A DNA stretch of 64,000 nt from the NCBI RefSeq assembly GCF_009914755.1, contig NC_060943.1. One strand, given 5' to 3'. This DNA comes from the human T2T-CHM13v2.0 reference genome, Homo sapiens. Below the pieces are notes generated by a model. It was given only the letters and a program-made list of their open reading frames with translations. It did not search any database and was not told the DNA's origin. Numbering within the stretch: position 1 is the stretch's first letter; each line of letters begins with the position of its first letter. Below are positions 1 to 20,470 of the stretch, in pieces. The translations under genes and the position numbers were made by a program.

Positions 1-119
1 ATGTACTGACCTTGGGAATAGCAAGAGAAAGTACTTCCTTTCCCTCTCCTGACACCAAGTGATCCCATCCCTGTGTTTAGGCCTAGTCCAACCTTCTAAG
101 CTGTGCGTCGCTTCCATGC

Positions 120-300
120 TTTGGAGCATTTTACATATATTTACCCACTTCATCCTCAAGACAATACCATTAAGTATGCACGATCATCAACTCCATTCTA
201 CAAATGAAGAAACCGGCACAGTGAAGGTAAGTAGTTTTCCCTGGTCTCATAGTTAGTAAGGGTAGAGCAAGAATTTGATTCCAGGCAGCCCTGGAGTTCA
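120..300 (-). mobile_element. MIR fragment
   Basis: Reverse complement of the MIR core (ccattctacaaatgaagaaac...gaaggtaagtagttttccctggtctcatagttagtaagggtagagc). Confidence 0.7.
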
Positions 301-1265
301 TGGCTCCTAGAGATTGTCCTTACCTGGCTTGACCAACAGTCCCAGGAAACAAGTTGTGAAGGAGACGCAGTGGATTTTATTTTGTTGTGTTTTGTTTGGA
401 GGGTTTGTTTGTTGTTTGATAACATTGATCTTCATGTCTCCTTACCCTTTCTAGAACTTCCTTAAAATCATCTAAAGTCTCCTGGCCTGTTGTCATAGGC
501 CTGAACATTTTCTAACCAATGTTATTTAAACATTTACATGCCGTCTTCTCCAGGACACTGTCTTATTTGTCTTTGTAGCTCTCATAGGATTTAGTATCCT
601 TGTTTATACATAGTAGGTTATATATATTTTTATGTGTGTGTAGATTTATATTTATATGTATATGTATAGTTGTATGTGCATATGGATGTATATGTATGTA
701 TGTATACATTTAGTATATACCATGTCTTAATCAATTACACAATGTTTTGACTCTACCATTCTGCATGAGAAAACCAAGCCATTTCTCACACTCAAATTTG
801 ACCATGCAACCACATGAATATGACAGCACTCGACATATCAGACACATTGGAAAACATTCTGACTTTCCCAAGGTCTCAGGCTATTTATCAAGCTCAATAC
901 AAAAAAGCATTTCATGTACATGTGTTTTGAAACATTTCAGCTGTTTCATATCACATGCTACTTAGAAGTAGGAAATGATTGCAGTATGGTTTTAAAAATA
1001 TGGTACACAGGTATTTCTTGTATTTCTATAAGTTTCAAAAGAAAATGACAATTCACCAATTTCTTGCTGAAGACATGCGCATAGGCACACATGGTTTTCT
1101 CACCTGCGCTTATCATGGTACCTGGTTAGTAAGAGTAAACTCTTTAGGGCTAGTGAGAGAAGGAAGTAACATTTCACAAATTCGAGAAAGAAATGTAAAG
1201 CAAAATAGTTAAAATAGAGGAATGGAACTAGTAAAGAAAACATAAGATACTCTTCCAGGAAAATT

Positions 1266-1573
1266 ATTATTATTATTATTATTATTATTTTTTGAGATGG
1301 AGTCTCGCTCTGTCGCCTAGGCTGGAGTGCAGTAGCACAATCCTGGCTCACTGCAACCTCTGCCTCCCAGGTTAAAGCGATTCTCTTGCCTCAGCCTCCC
1401 GAGTAGCTGGGATTACAGGTGCATGCCACCATGCTGGCTAATTTTTGGTATTTTTAGTAGAGACAGGTTTTCACCATGTTGGCCAGGATGGTCTTGATCT
1501 CCTGACCTCGGGATCCACCCATCTCGGCCTCCCAAAGTGCTGGGATTTCAGACATGAGCCACCGCACCCTGCC
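1266..1573 (-). mobile_element. AluS element with (TAT)n-degenerated tail
   Basis: Full dimeric Alu in antisense; short TSD GAAAATT at 1259-1265 and 1574-1580. Confidence 0.95.
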
Positions 1574-1875
1574 GAAAATTCTTTACACTAAAAAATGATA
1601 ACTCTTGTTACTGTAAGTTTCTTAAAATTTCAATATAGCAATTTTTAGCATTGTGCCTACATAGTTCTTAGGACAAGGAAGGCTACTTCTGATATTCTTT
1701 GAAGAATCCTTCTATGGATTTTTAGATCCTTTTTGTCAAGAAATACCTCAGGTAATCCTTGCTTAGCAATGTTTTATTAGGTAGAGAACATGGCAGTATA
1801 TTTTGGATATAATCCAAATCTACAGTGGGGTGGTACATGTGAGAAGTTTGATACAACTTAAAAAGACCTAGTCTG

Positions 1876-1984
1876 GTGCTCGCTTTGGCAGCACATATAC
1901 TAAAATTGGAACAATACAGTGAAGATCAGCATGGCCTCTGCACAAGGATGACAAGCAAATTTGTGAACTGTTCCATATGTTTTT
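1876..1984 (+). pseudogene. Full-length U6 snRNA retrocopy (5' part of a U6/L1 chimera)
   Basis: gtgctcgctttggcagcacatatactaaaattggaac...gttccatatgttttt matches U6 end to end with scattered substitutions; the ACAGAGA box reads ACAGTGA. Confidence 0.95.
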
Positions 1985-2269
1985 GAACAATGATAACACG
2001 TGGAAACAGGGAGGGGAACATCACACATTGGTGCCTGTCAGGGGATGGGAGACAAGGGGAGGGAGAGCATTAGTACAAATTCCTAATGCATACAGGACTT
2101 AAAACCTAAATGACGGGTTGATAGGTGCAGCAAACCACCATGGCACATGAATACCTAGGTAACAAACCTGCATGTTCTGTACATGTATCCCAGAACTCAA
2201 AGTAAAATTTAAAACAATGAAAAAAAATACTTTAAATTTTAAAATAAACTTAAAATTTACTTAGAAAAC
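1985..2269 (+). mobile_element. L1PA (about PA7/PA8-like) 3' end with degenerate A-tail, fused to U6
   Basis: gaacaatgataacac...gagagcattagtacaaattcctaatgca...cccagaactcaaagtaaaa is an L1PA 3'UTR; the TSD shared with U6 is aaaagacctagtct (1861-1874) / aaaaggcttagtct (2270-2283). Confidence 0.9.
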
Positions 2270-3176
2270 AAAAGGCTTAGTCTCAAATTCTAGTCCAGAC
2301 TCTGCTAGGCATGACCTCCTACATTCCTATTGTCCCTCTAGAGTAATGACTTTAATCACCAAAAAGGGGTTGAGTCCGAAGCTTCTGTAGTTTCTTCCTT
2401 TTCTAGAATGCTATCAAAAGCATCTGATTTTGGCAGCTCATATTCCAAATGTGCCATTAAAGTCACAATTTATGTGTCTGACTCAAGTAGATTAATAAAG
2501 AGTACAGTCATTACCACATGTATTGGATCAAAAAAACTGTTTACTCTTATTTTCCCTCTTATTGTATTGGCAACCTACTTCCCTAAATTGACTAAAACTA
2601 ATCTGTTGTTTAGAAAGTCATGTAGACATAAATTAGGTGAGGTAAAGATGGTTTTAGTTTAGATCCCTAAATAGGGATCAACAATACTCTTTTTCCTCCT
2701 AACATTCCTGGCTTAGTGACCTGACTTTATTTTGACTATATTATAAAGCAAAGGATATGGTAGTTTTAGTTAAATTGTTATTATAAGCTAGTTTGGAATA
2801 GTAGTATCATATAATGTGTGTTCAATAAAGGAAATTAGTAGACTTGAAAACAATTCTTTCTATCCTAGAGCTCGTAGTAGAATAGATTTAACTTATTATT
2901 TTAAGCACCTTCTAAATTGTTAATAAGATTTGCTGATGACACCCTACACAGTAGCAGTCAGTCCCCCACGGCTAATTTTAAACATCTGCCTTCATAATTA
3001 AACTTATTGTTTATTTCATCTTAAAATGAGAATAATACAGCACACAGCTATTTCAGAAATAGATCTATCACTCCTAAATAATTACTAGTCAGAGCATTAT
3101 CCTACAGATAAAGAAAATTTATATCAATAATTCAATAAATAGATCCCAGTTTCAAGACAAATCACAATACAGACCC

Positions 3177-3548
3177 TGCCATAGACTAAATTGTGCTTCT
3201 TCTCCCCGCACCCCCTCACCACCACCAAATTCATAGATTGAATCCCTGATCCCCGTTGTGACTTTATTTGGAGATACAACTGTTACTGAAGTAATGAAAG
3301 ATAAATGAGGTTATAGGGTGGAGCCCTGATCAGACAGTCTTAGAGTCCTTATAAGTAGAGAGAATGAGACCAGAGCTTTCTCCTTTGCTCTCCACTCCAA
3401 CAGACCAAGGAATGACCACATGAGAACACAGCAAGAAGGCATCCACCTGCACGCCAGGAAGAGAGCCCTCACCTGCAACTGAATTGGCTGACTTCTTGAT
3501 CTTGGACTTCCAGCCTCCAGAACTGTAAGAAATAGATTTTGTTCTTTT
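3177..3548 (+). mobile_element. MaLR LTR (MLT1A/B-like)
   Basis: MLT1 motifs: tatttggagat, taaatgaggttatagggtggagccctgatc, gatcttggacttccagcctccagaactgtaagaaata. Confidence 0.8.
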
Positions 3549-3559
3549 CTAGTTCCTGA

Positions 3560-4012
3560 CCTCATCTTCCATCAGCCTCACCTAGCTCCCTCTGCTCCAG
3601 CTGTAGAGCCTCCTTGCTGTTTGTTGAATATGCCAAGTAGTTCTTTGCCTTAAGATCTTTGCAGGGGCTGTTCCCTCTACTTGGATTTTTTTGTCCCTCA
3701 GGGTATCTCCCTCATCCTCTTCAGCCTTTGTTCAAAACTCAATTTCTCAATGGTGATTACCTTATTTAAAACTGTCATCTACCTCCTATAACCACCCCTC
3801 CAGCATGACTGATTTACCTGTCCTGTTCTACTTTTGTTTCCATAGCATTTAATTTACTTATTTATTACAGTTATGGTTTATTTTGTTTTCCCCTAATAGA
3901 ATGTAACCTTCTACATCACAAAGATTTGTGTCTGTTTTGTTAATGGTTTTGTTCATAGGACTAAAAGAGTGTCTGACAAATAGTAGGTATTCAAAAATTG
4001 CTGAATGAATAA
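3560..4012 (+). mobile_element. L2 3' end
   Basis: ctgttccctctacttgga...tagaatgtaacc...tagtaggtattcaaaaattgctgaatgaat is a typical L2 terminus. Confidence 0.75.
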
Positions 4013-6970
4013 TCTAATATACCACGAAGATATTAATATGTTACTAATCATCTGAATATACTAAAAATCACTTATAAGTCTAATCTTCTAATATAGTAAT
4101 ATGGTAATCTAATATAAGTTGGTAAGCATTTGAAGTGTCACAGGTTTCCATGGAAGAGACACATCCTTTTGAGTGTGCTGACTGAGCATTATTGCTAGAG
4201 GTAGGCCTCTCACAGGCCTGGTTAGAACAGTCAGGTATTGCTAGACAAGAAAGCAATAAAAAGGAAAGAATCTTACTGGGCTTCACTGTGGAGATGACCA
4301 GCAAACCCATTTGGGGATGCAGTGGTAATAGCTTAATGATCAAATTGAGGCTGTGAATCAGAATTTTAGGTGAATAACTTAAATCAGGATCATCCAGCAA
4401 GTCTTTTGAAAAATAAATCCATTGGCCTGATAGATTATGTGATGGATCATTAATCTCTGGATGTAAAATTTCCAGAAACTGAGGCATGAGTACACAGAGG
4501 AAACTGCACTTGCCATGCTCCCCAAAAAGAAGAGTTCATAAAGTCAACATATTCATCATCATGTATGTCAATAAACATCTTTAGAGGGAGACTTTTGCTC
4601 TGACCCTGGGTGCTGCTGTGCCCCTGATAACAGATGAATTTCTTTCCTTCTGCACCACCCCCAAGGCCCGCAATCTGTATGGCATGGACATATTCATATG
4701 GAAGCAACAAAATTTCTCCCACTTCTTCCCCGGACACATTGTTTATCATTTTCAACTTCTACCTAAAGTGTGGAATATATATTTTCCTTTTACCAAGACA
4801 AGGTCCTGTTCTCAACAATTTGTTTCAATGGCCCACAGGGGAGAATAGGTGTTTTTTCGCATAACCACATGTGAAATGTGGATTTTTCTTTCAGCAATTT
4901 CTGACATATATTTTCTCTTTCTCTTTTCTTTGCTTTCGTGTCTTTCAAATCTCTTATGGTGACACAAAATTTTGTGAGCAAAATAAAATGTCTAGAACTC
5001 GTCAATGAAATTTATTTGAGGATAACTTTTTTTTAAACTGTAATATATATTTTCATTTCAATTAAAATGTGAATTCCCTTTGGTTTTCTTCACTTAGAGA
5101 AATGAAGGAATTTTAATTTAAATACGGGAAAGTTCTACATTTTTTACTATATACTGTAGTAAGTACTACGTGAATGCAAATTGGAAAGGGCTATTTCCTT
5201 AAAAGTAGAAATCATGCCTGGAAAAAAAATTTTTTAAAAACTTCCAAATTCCAAGCAATAACAAAGCATATGTTAACACTTTCTCTGTTAAAAGTTTTAT
5301 GTTAGTGTAGGTGGCTTATTACAAAGGTCTTTCTATTGGTTTCAGTTGCTAATGACTATAAGCATTGTCACCTGGTTTTGTTATTTCAGAATGATGTTGC
5401 AGCATGTTCCCTTACATTACAACAATCTCTGGCCTTTTTTCTGAGTCAAGGTCAAGGTAGGAAACATCAAGTTTGAAAGGAAAAGGGCTACTGCCTACTC
5501 TTTTAAGCAAGAACCATCTTTATAAGGACTTAAAGAGTCTCAAAATCATCTCAAATATTATTAAAATGATAGGATATGAATAATAAATAAAGGTTGTAAT
5601 CAAAAACATCAGGCAAGATGGCCTAGCTATCTAATGAAACACCAGGCTCTTCCATGAGAGCTAGTGACTAGGAAGAGCCAAGAGGAGGTTAATGGTACCT
5701 CTTTAGATCATTCAGCATGGGCTGTGTGACGTGATTCCATAGTGTCTTGCAATGGCCATCAACCTCTATAGGAAATGGCTAAGTCACACAAGAAAGATGC
5801 ATAGCTTCACATGGTGTCAGGGAGCCCCATACATGACTTCAGCTGACAATGTATTTTAGTTCAGTGGTTTTCATCACTGAGCTCTAAGATATAGCTAGGC
5901 ATGCCAAGAGGAACAAACTTTCAATAACTTGAAAAAAAAGTTTTTGTGTCTTACCTTGTTGAAGGCTATGCTCAGTAGCAATCTTCTAATACCCACAGGT
6001 GTTAGAACCACTGAATCCTGAATTTGTTTGGATACTGTGTGCTCTATAGATTTTTTTTTAACTTCTAACAATCTCTGAAATGCATCTAATAATAGATCTT
6101 CTGTTACTGACTCTAGAGTCAAGGAAAATTAAGCATTTCTTCCAGATTTGGTCTAGGGCAACTTCTTTTAATAAGAGGTGAAGTCAGTGAGGTTTCAATT
6201 TGACTTTCAGAGTAATTCAGGTTAATTTATTTTTAAAGAGCACACATTTGGTTGCTATGTAGGGATTTGCACACTTGCCGTTATGGGTAGGATGAAAGGA
6301 AATGGGAATCATTTCTCCCAGAATGCTTGCTTTCATGAGTTAGACTCAGAGTGATTCATTTCACCCTATTGGTAGTATTCAGCAGAGAAACAGTCATTGT
6401 ACTGTTCAGTTCATCATTGATATGAATTTGGCTTTAGTTACAGAGAAAAAGATGCCCACTTAGGTATATGAAGGGATTGTGTCAGTCTCCTAAGAGACTC
6501 AGAAGGGTTAAGCACAGCTTGAGGAAAACCCCCACCATGGCATTTAGGATCTGAAAGTCCTTAGAGGTGTTGCTATGCCAAGTTCAAGTCCATAAAGCTC
6601 ACAGCACTTTCCACCTGCTTGAGTCCATTCACCCTTAGTTTTCAACCACACCCAAAGGCCTCAGGAAGATGTATTTTTAACTCCTACTACACCAAGAAAC
6701 TGATCTGGCTGGCTGTCATCCATTCCCAAAACTCTTTCTGCCTCCACCATTTCTCTGGCAGGAAATCCTCCAACGCTGCCTTGCTTTACCATTTAATTGT
6801 GAACTATTCATGCATGGCCCTCCCCAGTGAGTCTGAGGGCCTGTCAAGTATAAAGTCAGACCTCAGCTTATGTTGGTGGTTTTTCCCCTCCTTCCCTTTA
6901 CCCCTCCCATAGTGCTTTATCCTGTGTACATTTTAAGTAAATTGCTTTACTGAATAGGACTATAATCTTT

Positions 6971-13234
<6,264 letters not shown>

Positions 13235-13578
13235 TAGGACTGTCATCTTTTATAGAAAAAAATGCCTTCAGACAGATTGGTTCTGTGACTGTTTATAAGT
13301 TTATATTCTAGCCCCATAGACAAATTTTTCAAAAAAGATCCCAACTGTAATAACATTTCTCCCAAGGAGTGATTAAAAACCAAATCTGAATGGACACTAC
13401 TGTCTTACTAATGGGCTGTGGAAAATGCAATAATGATGCTTGTGAAATTATTAGATTCAGGAATAATGTATTATTCTAGAATTGTGCTAATTCATTTCCC
13501 ACTTCTGATCATTTGAAGTTTACTTCTCTCTCATTGAAAAGGATTAATGATATGTTTATTAAATAAAGACTAATTTTA

Positions 13579-13883
13579 TTTTATGTTTTTTGTGTTTTTT
13601 TTTTTGAGATGGAGTCTCGCTGTCACCCAGGCTAGAGTGCAGTGGCGCGATCTTGGCTCACTGCAGGATCCGCCCCACGGGGTTCAAGCCATTCTCCTGC
13701 CTCAGCCTCCCGCATAGCTGGGACTACAGATGCCCGCCACCTCGCCTGGCTAATTTTTTGTATTTTAGTAGAGACGGGGTTTCACCGTGTTAGCCAGGAT
13801 GGTCTCGATCTCCTGATCTCATGATCCACCTGCCTCCACCTCCCAAAGTGCTAGATTACAGGCGTGAGCCACTGTGCTCGGCC
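13579..13883 (-). mobile_element. AluY, AluYe-lineage-like
   Basis: Antisense Alu with tcgctgtc (2-bp deletion), ccgccccacggggttc and ccacctcgcc, recalled as AluYe diagnostics; TSD aaagactaatttta on both sides. Confidence 0.85.
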
Positions 13884-14884
13884 CAAAAAAGACTAATTTT
13901 AAAAGAGCTTTGCTGGCTCGACTTTATGTAAAAATAGCATGAAAGAAAAGGAGATAATACCATATTTTATGAAATACCCTCTGAGACTCTTCTTTGTTAA
14001 AGAAACAATTTGTAAACTGTCCTGACATTATAAACTCTTTGTCTTCTTAGTCTGACATGAGGGTGCCAAGCTTAGTGATTTGTAGCATGGAAAGATGAGT
14101 GCTGTAGCTGGACACTCGTAGTCACACAAAGGTTCTGTTGGTTTGGAAGGTGAGCGTTTCATATTCTTGCCCCACAAGTAAGCCAATGTTCCACCCCAGG
14201 GACAAGTATATTTCCTGAATTATGAGAAGGAGCAAGAGAGCATGTCCATCCCATGTTCTTGAGAAGTCCTGGCTCGAGCCAATAAAGCTCATCGTTGTCT
14301 GAAAGAATGGAGATCAATTTCAGTCTGCTGTCACACAGACTCTGGCAGCCGGAGATCAACAGGATCTCATAACAGTAAACCTGGTGCTTTCCAGGGCAGA
14401 GCCCCAAGTTGCTAACAGCCTCTCAGACTTAAAAAAGTAAGTTCACACAGAACAATTGTATTCTCACAGTCAGCATTGTGATCTTCCTCTGGTTCTTCAT
14501 ATATTTAATAAACCTTTAAAACCAGAATCCTGAGAAATGTCCCATCCCTTCCCACACAAACACATCAGCCTCTTCTACTATGTACTCATACACACTGACC
14601 AGCATTTTCTTTTTTATCTTAGGAACTAACAGAATCAAAGATATGGAGTTTTAAGGTTATCTTTTGAAGCAGACCTTTACTTTATGAAGATAATTATTAA
14701 AGTATATTGATACTCTGTTGAGGCATATTGCTCCAGGGGTCTTGACATTTTGTTGGTCTAATTATCTGCAGCAAATACGGTATCCAAAGTTCCCAGTGTG
14801 GGGAAAAGAAAGAGAGATCAGATTGTTACTGTGTCTGTGTAGAAAGAAGTAGACATAGGAGACTCCATTTTGTTCTGTACTAAG

Positions 14885-15368
14885 TGTCAGGCCTCTGAGC
14901 CCAAGGCAAGCCATCGCATACCCTGTGACTTGCACGTATACACCCAGATGGCCTGAAGTAACTAAAGAATCACGAAAGAAGTAAATATGCCCTGCCCCAC
15001 CTTAACTGATGACATTCCACCACAAAAGAAGTGTAAATGGCCGGTCCTTGCCTTAACTGATGACATTAACTTGTGAAAGTCCTTTTCCTGGCTCATCCTG
15101 GCTCAAAAAGCACCCCCACTGAGCACCTTGCGACCCCCCCTCCTGCCCACTGAGCACCTTGCAACCCCTACTCCTACCCGCCAGAGAACAAACCCCCTTT
15201 GACTGTAATTTTCCTTTACCTCCCCAAATCCTATAAAATGGCCCCACCCTTATCTCCCTTCGCTGACTCTCTTTTCGGACTCAGCCCGCCTGCACCCAGG
15301 TGAAATAAACAACCATGTTGCTCACACAAAGCCTGTTTGGTGGTCTCTTCACACGGACGCACATGAAA
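14885..15368 (+). promoter_or_regulatory. HERV-H 5' LTR (LTR7 family, type Ia/LTR7Y-like)
   Basis: tgtcagg...catgaaa; ~50-bp ccttaactgatgacatt repeats plus a duplicated ~32-bp cccactgagcaccttg unit; TATA box (ctataaaa) and AATAAA present. Confidence 0.9.
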
Positions 15369-15370
15369 TT

Positions 15371-15388
15371 TGGTGCCGTGACTCGGAT
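15371..15388 (+). other. Primer-binding site, tRNA-His
   Basis: tggtgccgtgactcggat immediately after the LTR. Confidence 0.95.
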
Positions 15389-18300
15389 TGGGGGACCTCC
15401 CTTGGGAGATCAATCCCCTGTCCTCCTGCTGTTTGCTCCATGAGAAACATCCACCTACGACCTCAGGTCCTCAGACCGACCAGCCCAAGAAACATCTCAC
15501 CAATTTCAAATCTGGTAAGCGGCCTCTTTTTACTCTCTTCTCCAACCTCCCTCACTATCCCTCAAACTCTTTCTCCTTTCAATCTTGGTGCCACACTTCA
15601 ATCTCTCCCTTCTCTTAATTTCAATTCCTTTCATTTTCTGGTAGAGACAGAAGAGGCATGTTTTATCTGTGAACCCAAAACTCTGGCGCCGGTCACGGAC
15701 TGGGAAGGCAGCCTTCCCTTGGTGTTTAATCATTGCAGGGACACCTCTCTGATTATACAGTCACATTTCAAGGGTGTCAGACCACACAGGGATGCCTGCC
15801 TTGGTCCTTCACCCTTAGCGGCAAGTCCCGCTTTCCTGGGGCAGGGGCAAGTACCCCTCAACCCCTTCTCCTTCACCCTTAGTGGCAAGTCCCACTTTCC
15901 TAGGGGGCAAGAAGCCCCCAATTGCTTATTTCCGCAACCCAACCTCTTATCTCTGTGCCCCAATCCCTTATTTCTGCACCCTGACCTCTTATCTCTGTGC
16001 CCCAATCCCTTATTTCCATGCCCCAACCCCTTCTTTGCTTTTCTGGAGGGCAAGAACCCCCCGCCCCTTCTCCGTGTCTCTACTCTTTTCTCTGGGCTTG
16101 CCTCCTTCAGTATGGGTAAGCTTCCACCTTCCATTCCTCCTTCTCCCTTAGCCTGTGTTCTCAAAAACTTAAAACCTTTTCAACTCACACCTGACCTAAA
16201 ACCTAAATGCCTTATTTTCTTCTGCAATGCCGCTTGACCCCAATACAAACTCGACAGTAGTTCCAAATAGCCAGAAAATGGCACTTTGAATTTTTCCATC
16301 CTGCAAGATCTAAATAATTATTGTCATAAAATAGGCAAATGGTCTGAGGTGCCTGACGTCCAGGCATTCTTTTACACACTCAGTCCCTTCCTAGTCCCTG
16401 TGCCCAGTGCAACTCGTCCCAAATCTTCCTTCTTTCCCTCCCACCTGTCCCCTCAGTACCAACCCCAAGCGTCGCTGAGTCTTTCTAATCTTCCTTTTCT
16501 ACAGACCCATCTGACCTCTCCCTTCCTCCCCAGGCTGCTCCTCGCCAGGCCAAGCTAGGTCCCAATTCTTCCTCAGCCTCCGCTCCTCCACCCTATAATC
16601 TTTTCATCACCTCCCCTCCTCACAGCTGGTCCGGCTTACAGCTTCATTCCGTGACTAGCCCTCCCCCACCTGCCCAGCAATTTACTCTTAAAAAGGTGGC
16701 TGGAGCGAAAGGCATAGTCAAGGTGAATGCTCCTTTTTCTTTATCCCAAATCAGATAGCGTTTAGGCTCTTTTTCATCAAATATAAAAATCCAGCCCGGT
16801 TCATGACTTGTTTGGCAGCAACCCTGAGACACTTTACAGCCCTAGACCCTAAAAGGTCAAAAGGCCGTCTTATTCTCAAAATACATTTTATTACCCAATC
16901 TGCTCCTGACATTAAATAAAACTCCAAAAATTAAATTCTGACCCTCAAACCCCGTAACAGGATTTAATTAACTTCACCTTCAAGGTGTACGATAGTAGAA
17001 AAAAGTTTCAATTCCTTGCCTCCACTGTGAGACAAACCCCAGCCACATCTCCAGCACACAAGAAGTTCCAAACACCTGAACCGCAGTGGCCAGGCGTTCC
17101 TCCAGAACCTCCTCCCACAGGAGCTTGCTACACGTGCCGGAAATCTGGCCACTGGGCCAAGGAATGCCCGCTGCCCGGGATTCCTCCTAAGCTGCGTCCC
17201 ATCTGTGTGGGACCCCACTGAAAATCGGACTGTTCGACTCACCTGGCAGCCACTCCCAGAGCCCCTGGAACTCTGGCCCAAGGCTCTCTGACTGACTCCT
17301 TCCCAGATCTTCTCGGCTTAGCGGCTGAAGACTGACACTGCCCGAACGCCTCGGAAGCCCCCTAGACCATCACGGATGCTGAGCTTTGGGTAACTCTCAC
17401 AGTGGAAGGTAAGCCAGTCCCCTTCTTAATCAATACACAGGCTACCCACTCCACATTACCTTCTTTTCAAGGGCATGTTTCCCTTGCCTCCATAACTGTT
17501 GTGGGTATTGACGGCCAGGCTTCTAAACCTCTTAAAACTCCCCAACTCTGGTGCCAACTTAGACAATACTCTTTTAAGTACTCCTTTTATTTATCCCCAC
17601 CTGCCCAGTTCCCTTATTAGGCTGAGACACTTTAACTAAATTATCTGCTTCCCTGCCTATTCCTGGACTACAGCTATATCTCATTGCCACCCTTCTTCCC
17701 AATCCAAAGCCTCCTTTGCGTCCTCCTCTTGTATCCCCCCACCTTAACCCACAAGTATAACATACCTCTACTCCCTCCTTGGTGACCGATCATGCACCCC
17801 TTACCATCCCATTAAAACCTAATCACCCTTACCCCACTCAACGCCAATATCCCATCCTGCAGCACACTTTAAAAAGATTAAAGCCTGTTATCACTCGCCT
17901 GCTACAGCATGGCCTTTTAAACCCTATAAACTCTCCTTACAATTCCCCCATTTTACCTGTCCTAAAACCAGACAAGCCTTACAAGTTAGTTCAGGATCTG
18001 CACCTTATCCACCAAATTGTTTTGCCTATCCACCCTGTGGTGCCCAACCCGTACACTCTTTTGTCCTCAATACCTTCCTTCACAACTCACTATTCCGTGC
18101 TTGATCTTAAAGATGCTTTTTTCACTATTCCCCTGCACCCCTCGTCCCAGCCTCTCTTTGCTTTCACTTAGACTGACCCTGACACCCATTAGGCTCAGCA
18201 AATTACCAAGGCTGTACTGCTGCAAAGCTTCACAGACAGCCCCCATTACTTCAATCAAGCCCAAATTTCTTCCTCATCTGTTACCTATCTTGGCATAATT

Positions 18301-19648
18301 CTCATAAAAACACACGTGCTCTCCCTGCCAATCATGTCTGACCTCTCAAACCCCAGCACCTTCTACAAAACAACAACTCCTTTCCTTCCTAGGCATGGTT
18401 AGTGTGGTCAGAATTCTTACATAGCCAGGACCACACCCTGTAGCCTTTCTGTCCAAACAACTTGACCTTACTGTTTTAGCCTAGCCCTCATGTCTGCGTG
18501 CAGTGGCTGCCGCTGCTTTAATACGTTTAGAGGCCCTCAAAATCACAAACTATGCTCAACTCACTCTCTACAGTTCTTATAACTTCCAAAATCTATTTTC
18601 TTCCTCATACCTGATGCATATACTTTCTGCTTCCTGGCTCCTTCAGCTACACTCACTCTTTGTTGAGTCTCCCACAATTACCATTGTTCCTGGCCTGGAC
18701 TTCAATCCGGCCTCCCACATTACTCCTGATACCACACCTGACCCCCATGACTGTATCTCTCTGATCCACCTGACATTCACCCCATTTCCCCAAATTTCCT
18801 TCTTTCCTGTTCCTCACCCTGATCATGCTTGATTTATTGATGGCGGTTCCACCAGGCCTAATCACCACACACCAGCAAAGGCAGGCTATGCTATAGTATC
18901 TTCCACATCTATCATTGAGGCCACTGCTCTGCCTCCCTCCACTACCTCTCAGCAAGCTGAACTAGTTGCCTTAACTCAAGCCCTCACTCTTGCAAAAGGA
19001 CTACGTGTCCATATCTATATTGATTCTAAATATGCCTTTCATATTCTGCAGCACCATGCAGTCATATGGGCTGAAAGAGGTTTCCTCACTACACAAGGGT
19101 CCTCCATCATTAATGCCTCTTTAATAAAAACTCTGCTCAAAGCCGCTTTACTTCTAAAAGAAGCTGGGGACATTCACTGCAAGGGGCATCAAAAGGCATC
19201 AGATCCCATTGCTCTAGGCAATGCTTATGCTGATAAAGTGGCTAGACAAGCAGCTAGCTTTCCAACTTCTGTCCCTCACGGCCAGTTTTTCTCCTTCACT
19301 TCAGTCACTCCCACCTACTCCCCCACTGAAACTTCCACCTATCAATCTCTTCCCACACAAGGCAAATGGTTCTTAGGCCAAGGAAAATATCTTCTTCTAG
19401 CCTCACAGGCCCATTCTATTCTGTCGTCATTTCATAACCTCTTCCATGTAGGTTACAAGCCGCTAGACCGTCTCTTAGAACCTCTCATTTCCTTTCCATC
19501 ATGGAAATCTATCCTCAAGGAGATCACTTCTCAGTGTTCCATCTGCTATTCTACTACCCCTCAGGGATTGTTCAGGCCTCCTCCCTTCCCTACACATCAA
19601 GCTCGGGGATTTGCCCCTGCCCAGGACTAGCAAATTGACTTTACTCTC

Positions 19649-20470
19649 ATGCCTCGAGTCAGAAAACTAGAATATCTCTTAGTCTGGGTAGACACTTTCA
19701 CTGGATGGGTAGAGGCCTTCCCCACAGGGTCTGAGAAGGCCACCGCGGTCATTTCTTCCCTTCTGTCAGACATAATTCCTCGGTTTGGCCTTCCCACCTC
19801 TATACAGTCTGATAATGGACCAGCCTTTACTAGCCAAATCACCCAAGCAGTTTCTCAGGCTCTTGGTATTCAGTGGAAACTTCATATCCCTTACCATCCT
19901 CAATCTTCAGGAAAGGTAGAACGGACTAATGGTCTTTTAAAGACACACCTCACCAAGCTCAGCCTCCAACTTAAAACAGAATGGACAGTACTTTTACCTC
20001 TTGCCCTTCTCAGAATCAGAGCCTTTCCTCGAGAAGCTACAGGGTACAGTCCATTTGAACTTTCATATGGATGCACTTTCTTGCTTGGCCCCAACCTCAT
20101 CCCAGGCACCAGCCCTCTAGGTGACTATCTTCCAGTACTCCAGCAGGCTAGACAGGAAATTCACCAGGCTGCTAATCTTCTCTTGCCTACTCCAGATCCC
20201 CAGCTATATGAAGACAACCTAGCTGGGCGATCAGTTCTTGTTAAGAATCTGACCCCTCAAACTCTACAACCTCGATGGACCGGACCCTACTTAGTCATCT
20301 ATAGTACCCTGACTGCCGTCCGCCTGCAGGATCCTCCCCACTGGGTTCACCGTTCCAGAATAAAGCTGTGTCCATCGGACAGCCAGCCTAATCCCTCCTC
20401 TTCCTCCTGGAAGTCGCAAGTACTCTCCCCCACTTCCCTTAAACTCACTCGTATTTCTGAAGAACAGTAA
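19649..20470 (+). pseudogene. HERV-H integrase core/C-terminal remnant
   Basis: VDTFTGWVEAFP, SDNGPAF, SSGKVER and WTGPY motifs; cut from the N-terminal zinc finger by a TAG at 19628-19630. Confidence 0.9.

Noticed and set aside
4080-4864. Overlapping 70-135 aa ORFs in unique-looking sequence followed by a 3'UTR-like AT-rich stretch
   Set aside because: No recognisable protein in any frame and no consistent exon structure; a BLASTX search would be needed.
15440-16237. 265-aa ORF running through the HERV-H leader into gag
   Set aside because: Pyrimidine-rich leader with a common internal tandem repeat, ending at a gag stop; no evidence of function.
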